From the NCBI RefSeq assembly GCF_009914755.1, contig NC_060928.1: a stretch of 64,000 nucleotides of DNA. One strand, written 5' to 3'. Made by a program: the position numbers and the translations under genes. The notes under the pieces are model-generated. The model was not told the origin of the DNA, did not search any database, and was given only the letters and a program-made list of their open reading frames with translations. This document shows, in pieces, positions 56,627 to 64,000 of this stretch; the stretch's first letter is position 1; each line of letters begins with the position of its first letter. The stretch comes from the human T2T-CHM13v2.0 reference genome, Homo sapiens.

Positions 56627-58292
56627 GAAATACTTTTTTAATAAAATATTTCTGGTTTTATCAAAGTAGATATGCGTGTAAGAATCTGTTGACTCTGTAA
56701 ATATCACCTATTATGAGAATACAGTGGAAATAAATTTTAAAAATCTCCAGTATAATAAATAATGATTTGATTTTTCTAATTTTAAGTATCAAATACCAAT
56801 CTATCTTTTTACTAACAAACCAAAACCTAAAAATTAAATAAAATGTGCTAAAATAAATAATGCTTTACTGCTATAAATCTTATTTTAAGGACTGATAAAT
56901 CTTTGTGCCTAAGATTGAAGAGGAACAGTCTTGATAATTAGAGTTCATCTATAATCCTTTAAGGAAACAAAACCATGGCACTGAAAGAAAGACCAGAACA
57001 ACTTAAGTAAAGTTCTCAGATCATGTTGTGTTACAAATGAGAGAAATTGTTCTATTTTTTTTGTTTCTGCTTTTCTTTGGATACATTGTAATCAAGTAAA
57101 AAAGACTATCTGTAGAAGGGATGTCAAATATCTATATTTTATTAATGATGGCTGCTGTCTAATTTCAATTTAGAAATGTGCATTTGAAGACCAATAAAGG
57201 TGAAGATGGAAAATGCCCAAATGAGACAGACATAATGATGAGACTTTCTTAAGAAATGTGCTACATTGTTTTGAATTAGCCCCAAAGAGAAACACTGATT
57301 GTGTTTTCTATTGTAAGAGAAATTATCAATTTTGTACTACATGTAGGACTTTTGGAAATGTATGCTATTATTCTGTTCAGCATTGTAAAGATAACACTTA
57401 GGCATAATTTTTTAGGTTACTTATTGCTTTCTAATTTGATTTATATCTGTTCTTTCCTGCTTTTAGTCATGTGTGTTAGTTGTGTCATGTATTTAATGTA
57501 CCTGAATGGCGTCTTTATATTTTATTTAAATTAAGGATTTAGTTAAATATTACTGATGTAACTTGCAGCCTCATGTATACATAATACTTCTTTAGAAGTT
57601 TAAAAATGTATTATTTTAAGGAATATATTGATTTTTTAAAAATAAACAAGATGGAATACAAGTTAAATATTAATAAAGAATGTAGTAATGAATATAAATG
57701 ATTATTATATTTTCCATAATTGAACAGAATTAAAATACATAATTATTTATATGATTTATATTATTTAGATTATGTAAATTAAAATGATTTTGATATGGTT
57801 CTGTATACAATTTAGGATAGACTAAATTTTCACAAAATTCCCAGGTGATTTCCAGTTGACTCTGTGATTTTAACTCGAATATTTCTCATAATTCTATGCC
57901 TAGAACTGTGCCAGGTAACTAGTACTAATAAACACTATTAATTGAGGGCATACTACTTAACCACACTTCTGTTCAGTGCTTTGTAAAAAGCATATTATTT
58001 TGATGTAGCTCAACCAATGTTTGTTTAAAAAATTAATCTCATTTTTGTGGCTTACTATTAAACTTCATAATAATAGCGCTTGGGAGTCTGAGATACTTAC
58101 ATTTCTTCCTAAGTTTTTAATTTCCTATTGCAAGAAAAACCTTGTCAAAAATTAGTCTCAAGTTTCAGTTTTGTTATTGGAAAGTTTTATTTTTCTTGGT
58201 ATTATAGATCACCACACATATTTTTATTACTTCTATACATTAGTTACTGATTGATCATTTTAGTCATTTTAGCTTGAAAAATACTCTATAGT

Positions 58293-58664
58293 TGTATTAC
58301 TCCATTTTCATACTTGTATAAAGAACTGCTCGAGACTGGGTAATTTATAAAGGGAAGAGGTTTAGTTGACTCAGCGTGGCTGGAGAGGCCTCAGGAAACT
58401 TACAATCATGGAAGAACGTGAAGGGGGAGCAAGGCACCTTCTTCACAAGGCGGTAGGAAGGAGTAGTGCCAAGTGAAAGGGGGAAGAGCCCATATAAAAC
58501 CATTGGATGTTGTGAGAACTCACTCACTATCATGAGAACAGCATGGGGGGAGCCACCTCCATGATTCAATTGCCTCCAGCTGGTCTCTCTCTTAACAGGT
58601 GGCGATTGTGGGGATTACAATTCAAAATGAGATTTGGTTGGGGACAAAAAGCCAAACCATGCCA
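58293..58664 (-). mobile_element. THE1D/MST-type solo LTR
   Basis: GAGACTGGGTAATTTATAAAGG...GCCAAACCAT; TSD (A/C)TAGT. Confidence 0.88.
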
Positions 58665-58684
58665 CTAGTCAAGGATATGCTTTA

Positions 58685-58856
58685 TAGTGGTTCTCAAACC
58701 TTAATGTGCCTGAGTTAACTGGAGGGCTTGCTAAAACCCAGATGGCTTGGTCCTAACCCAAGGGTTTATGATTTAACAGGTTTGAGGTGAAATCTGCAAT
58801 TTCTCAAGTGGGGTTGATGCTACTGGTCTGAGTTCCATACTTTGAGAACAACTGCT
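58685..58856. mobile_element. MER5A-like hAT DNA transposon
   Basis: Terminal inverted repeats AGTGGTTCTCAAA / TTTGAGAACAACTG. Confidence 0.8.
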
Positions 58857-58959
58857 GTATTAGTAACTAAACTGAATATTGAGGGAGAGTTATGATATCC
58901 TTTAGCACTGAAATTTATTTCAGTATTTTTCTTTGCAATGTAGCTAAGTCTTAGTCATG

Positions 58960-59192
58960 TATAGTTTTAAAATATTAGGAACTTAAATGTTATAAGCACT
59001 TTACATGTATCAGCTCATCTATTCCTCATTACAACACTGAGGTAGGCATTATAGTTAGTATAAATGAGGAAACTAGGGCACAGACAGGCTAAGTAAATTG
59101 TTCAAAGTTACACTAATCAGAATGAAACCAGGAATCCAACTCAGGGAGTATGGCTCCAGAAACCATGCTGTTAACCACTACGCTATACTGCA
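58960..59192 (-). mobile_element. MIR
   Basis: AAGCACTTTACATGTATCAGCTCAT...ATGAGGAAACTAGGGCACAGA...CTGTTAACCACTACGCTATACTG. Confidence 0.8.
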
Positions 59193-59340
59193 TCCTTATG
59201 TCCAATAGAGGAATTATCATAGCATATGAACTAACAGAAGACAGGCTCTGCATTATGCTTTCTCATAACTGTTGTTAGCACAGTGATTGGCAAAGAATGG
59301 GTTGTACCTTAACTTTCTCCTCATATCATGCATTGTGATC

Positions 59341-61645
59341 TGATATGATTTGGCTCTGTGACTCCACCCAAATCTCATGTCAAATTGTAATTCCCAATGT
59401 TTGCAGGGGGCAGGGACCTGGTGGGAGGTGATTGGGTCATGAGGACAAATTTTTCCCTTGCTGCTCTTGTGACAGTGAGTGGGATCTCATAAAATCTGGT
59501 GGTTTAAAAGTGTGTACCATTTCCCCCTTTGCTTTCTCTCTCCTGCTGCTTCCTGTACAGCCTGCAGAACTGTGAGTCAATTAAACCTCCATAAATTACC
59601 CAGTCTCTGGTAGGTCTTTATAGCAGTGTGACAATGGAAAATTGGTACCAGAAAATGGAACACGGCTATAAAGATAGCTGAAAATGTGGAAGTGACTTTA
59701 GAACTGGGTAATGGGCAGAGGTGGGAACAGTTTGGAGGGCTTAGAAGAAGACAGGAAGATGAGGGAAAGTTTGGAACTTCCTAGAGACTTGTTGAATCAT
59801 TATGACTAAAATGCTGATAGTGATAAGGACGGTGAAATCCAGGCTGAAGTGGTCTCAGATGGAGATGAGGAGCTTATTGGGAACTGGAGTAAAAGGTCAC
59901 TCTTGCTATGCTTTAGCAAAGAGACTGGCAGCATTGTGCCCCTGCTCTAGAGATCTGTGGAACTTTGAACTTGAGAGAGATGGTTTAGAGTACCTGGCAG
60001 AAGAAATTTCTAAGCAGCAAACTGCTCAAGGTGTAGCCTGGCTGCTTTTAAAAGCATATGCTCATTTGCATAAACAAAGAAATGACCTGAAATTAGAACT
60101 TATATTTAAAAGGGAATCAGAGAATAAAATTTTGGAAAATTTGTAGCCTAACCATGTGGTAGAAAAGAAAAACCCATTTTCTGGGGAGGAATACAAGGCT
60201 GCAGAAATTTGCATAAGTAAAGAGCCAAATGTTAATAGCCTAGACAATGGGAAAAATGCCTCCAGGGCATTTCAGAGACCTTCCCAGCAGCCCCTTTCAC
60301 CACAGGCCTGGAGGCACAGGAAGGAAAAATGGTTACATGGGCCAGGCCCAGGGCCCCACTGCTCTGTGCAGCCTCAGGACATGGTGCCCTGTGTTTCAGT
60401 GGCTCCAGGTCCAGCTGTAGCTAAAAGAAGCCAAGGTACAGCTCAGGCTGTTGCTTCTGAGGGTGCAAGCCCCAAGCCTTGGTGGCTTCCATGTGGTGTT
60501 GGGCCTGTGGGTGCATAGAAGGCAAGAGTTGAGGTTTGGGAGACTGCCTAGAATTCAGAGGATTTATGGAAACTTCTGGAAGTCCAGACAGAAGTCTGCT
60601 GCAGGGGCAGAGCCTTCATGGAGAACCTCTACTAGGGCAGTGAAGAGGGGAAAGGTGGGGTTGGAGCCCTCACTCAGAGCCCCCATTAGGGCACTGTCTT
60701 GTGGAACTGTAAGAAGAGGACCACTGTCCTTCAGAGCCCAGAATGGGAGATCCACTGACAGCTTGCACCATACACCGAGAAAAGCTACAGGCACTCAATG
60801 CCAGAACAGGAAAGCAGCTGTACTCTTTCCTGTACTCTGCAGAGCCACAGGGTAAGAGATGTGCAAGGCCTTGGGGGCCCACTCCTTGCATCAGTGTGGC
60901 CTGGATGTGAGACATGGAGTCAAAGAAGATTATTTTGGAGCTTTAAGATTTAATGACTACCCTGCCGGGTTTTGGATTTGCATGGGGCCTGTAGCCCCTT
61001 TGTTTTTGCCAGTGTCTCCCTTTTGGAATGGAAGCATTTACCCAATGCCTGTACTCCCCTTGAATCTTGAAAGTAACTAACTTGTTTGTGATTTTACAGG
61101 CTCATAGGTGGAAGGGACTTGCCTTATCTCAGATAAGGCTTTCGATTTGGAATTTTGAGTTAATGCTGGAAGGAGTTAAGACTTTGGAGGACTGTTGGGA
61201 AGGCATGATTGGTTTTAAAATATGAAGAGGACATGAGATTTGGGAGGGGCAAGGGGCAGAATGATATGGTTTGGCTCTGTGTCCCCACCCAAATCTTATG
61301 TTAAATTGTAATTCCCAATGTTGGGGAAGGGACCTTGTGGGAAGTGATTGAATAATGGGGCCAGATTTCCCCCTTGCTGCTCTCACAATAGTGAGTGAGT
61401 TCTCATGAGATCTGGTGGTTTAAAAGTGTGTAGCACTTCCCTCTTTGATCTCTCTCTCCTGCTCCACCACGTGAAGATTGTGCCTGCTTCCCCTTTGCCT
61501 TCTGCCATGATTGTAAGTTTCCTGAGGCCTCCAAGCCATACTTTCTGTACAACCTACAGAACTGTAAGTCAATTAGACCTCTTTTCTTCATAAATTACCC
61601 AGTCTCAGGTAGTTCTTTGTAGCAGTGTGAGAATGGACTAGTACA
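59341..61645 (+). mobile_element. Complete MaLR provirus (MST LTR - internal - LTR)
   Basis: 5' LTR 59341-~59638 (deleted), internal ~59639-61261 with decayed ORF (CPCSRDLWNFELERD), GGGGCAGAA tract, 3' LTR 61262-61645; TSD (T/G)GATC. Confidence 0.92.
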
Positions 61646-61674
61646 GGATCATAGTCATGGGAATCTAATTTACA

Positions 61675-61831
61675 ACATGGGTGGAGATGAATGCATTAAT
61701 TAATTTGATTGTGGTAATTGTTACACTGTGTATGTGTGTGTATATATATAATATTATATATATTTAATTAAGATGTATTAAATATATGCAATCTTTATTT
61801 GTCAATTAAATATTTCAAAATTTTAAAAAAA
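61675..61831 (+). mobile_element. L1MA 3' end fragment
   Basis: TTAATTAATTTGATTGTGGTAAT...ATATATGCAATCTTTATTTGTCAATT followed by an A-tail. Confidence 0.65.
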
Positions 61832-62789
61832 GGAAATTGAGAGACTCAAAGAGCTTGCTTAAATACTAAAACTTACATATTTAATTTGTGATTGTGATCT
61901 TATGTGATTGCAGATTCCATTTTCTTTCCTATACATTGCTTTCTGCAGTAGAAAGAATGGACAGGTTATTGTCAGATGGGAATCAACCCTGCTTTTATGG
62001 ATGATTTGTAATTTTTGGCTTTGAAGAGCGCAGTGGACATATGTACTTAACTTCTCAGTCTTTTCATTTTCATGACATCATTTTTACTTCAAACTTTGAA
62101 ATGCAAAGCCAGTAACTTCTTTATAAAACTACATGTATTTAATGTTGTGTTTTATATTTTTTCTTTAGAAGGATGAAAAACAACAACAACAATAAAAACC
62201 CATGGACACAAACGTGGCTGATGCCCCACTGTTTGTTTAATCAGTGAGCCCTTACAATTTCTATTCCACTTTCAGTATTTGTGTTCATCTTGCCAACATT
62301 TTATTGGCATCAATCTACATGACTCCTTAAACTTGAATTGCTTTAATGTTATTTCTTTGTCTCTAGTTTAAAAGAAATACAAGGCAGAAACACTTAGAAG
62401 TTCTCCTCAATTTCCTGCTTGGATAATGAGTTTCTTCACCTAGGGAAATATTCATTTAGAAAACTTAAGAATAGAAGAAAGAGAACTGTGATCGAGGAAC
62501 AATAAGAAATAAAACTTCAAAGATTATTTTGATGCCTGCTATTTTATTACTATCTAATTAGAATTTCTATTATGGATGTTATTTGAATTTTATCCAACAC
62601 TTTCTGGTTCCTCTATTACTATACAAATCTTATTTTACATCTTCAACTTGCTAATAAAAATAAATTACAGATGTATTAAACTTAAAATAGTGTACTCAGT
62701 GTCCTTAGTTCACTTGTAGTAGTGTACTAAGGCGTCCTTTCCAAGCTATATGACTTTGTTTTTGTTTTCTTGTCTGATTATTTAGTCAC

Positions 62790-63520
62790 AGTTTTTGATA
62801 TATATTTATTTATAGCACTTGTTACCTTCTGTCATATTATATAATTTATGTTTAGATTTTATTTACTTTACTATCCTAGTAAAGTATTAGCTCCATGGAG
62901 TACACATTTTTGTTTGGTTGTGTTCATTGTTGTATCCCTGGGCCCTAAAATTATGCCTGCAATATTCTAGGCACTCAAATATTTGTTTAATGAATGAGTA
63001 AGTCAGAGTATGTCACATTCGTATTTAAAAACATCCAATAGTGTCTCATCACACTTAAAGCAAACTGCATATTCCTTACCATGATCTATAAGGCCTTATG
63101 TATTTTGGCTCATACCACTGTCCCTTATTCCCATACCCCTCCTTCACTGTGCTTCATCTGCACACTTGTCTTCCTCAACCATACCAAGTTTATCTAAACC
63201 CCAGAGCCTTTATTCATGCTGTTGATAATTTGTTCTGCCTTCCTAAAGACGTTTCCTCCAAATCTTTGCGTGCTTCTGCCATAAGCTCACATCTTTAGAG
63301 GCCTTTCATAAATAGCTCATGTTAAATAGCTGCTGGTTACCCACAGTCACTTTCAGGCCTACTAACTTTTCAAAATGTTTATAGCACTTTTAACTATCTG
63401 AAGCATTTATTTTGTTTACTTGTTTGTTGACTGTCTCCACATTCTACAGTATGAGTTCCATGTCCTTTTCTAGTCTGTATCCCCAGCACCTAGATCAGCA
63501 TTTGGTAAGTATTTATATCA
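62790..63520 (-). mobile_element. Two L2 3' relics
   Basis: TGTATCCC...TAGGCACTCAAATATTTG...ATGAATGA at ~62930-63000 and TGTATCCCCAGCACCTAGA at ~63476. Confidence 0.65.
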
Positions 63521-63528
63521 CTATGTGT

Positions 63529-63530
<2 letters not shown>

Positions 63531-63563
<33 letters not shown>
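63531..63563. repeat. (TG)n microsatellite
   Basis: Direct observation. Confidence 0.95.
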
Positions 63564-63564
<1 letters not shown>

Positions 63565-64000
63565 CTGTCAGAGTTTCAGGTTGTTACACTGAGTACACCA
63601 TTCTAAGTTTAAACACACCATGTAGATAGCTAACTGAATTGTCAGGGGGCTGAAGTAACAGATCCTAGGTGGGCCCTTTACCTAGAAGATTTCCAAAACT
63701 ATAACACATAACTCGACTGTGAAGGGAGATGTCTCTGCTGTAATCAAAAGTTGCTGTTGCTACTCTTTCCAGAACCTTTGTCACACGAGGGAGCAGCTGA
63801 ATCCAGATGTTAGTGTTGCTGCTGGTCACAAATCCATAGTGTCTTGGCTGGGATTCACACTAGAAAAATGGATGCGCTCTACTCAGTACATGTTTAACAT
63901 AACTAAATTCTGAATAGAAATTTTATGTGGATGTATCTGATTAATAGAAATTAAGTTACATTACCCAATAAAGAGCAAACATCCCTATTGACCAGATGAT

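Noticed and set aside
59802-61080. Cluster of 100+ aa ORFs as a novel gene
   Set aside because: Frameshifted remnants of the known MaLR internal ORF.

Overview
AT-rich, repeat-dense primate genomic DNA, almost certainly human (it carries an AluYd8-like insertion). It is either intergenic or deep intronic. I find no protein-coding host gene. The ORFs in the track are L1 ORF1/ORF2 remnants, MaLR-internal remnants, or Alu, microsatellite and chance translations. Contents: one full-length ~6.55 kb L1PA7-like element (27.4-34.0 kb); three rearranged older L1s; nine Alus; many ERV/MaLR LTRs (MER9, MER4, MER41, MER11, MER66/MER83, MLT1A, MLT2, THE1/MST), including a complete MST provirus; MIR, L2 and MER5 relics; and a U2 snRNA 5' fragment. 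I see no evidence for a new multi-gene system. The most unusual signals are DNA-repair or template-switch scars. Two of them copy a donor 1.7-1.9 kb upstream, partly inverted (28987-29070 into 30742-30825, and 45879-45914 into 47760-47833). Also notable: a tiny TSD-flanked polyadenylated insert of unknown source, an ORF1-only L1, a possibly spliced L1, an LTR inserted into an Alu linker, and two close inverted Alu pairs. Subfamily names come from my memory of consensus sequences, not from a database search. Boundaries of old repeats are approximate.
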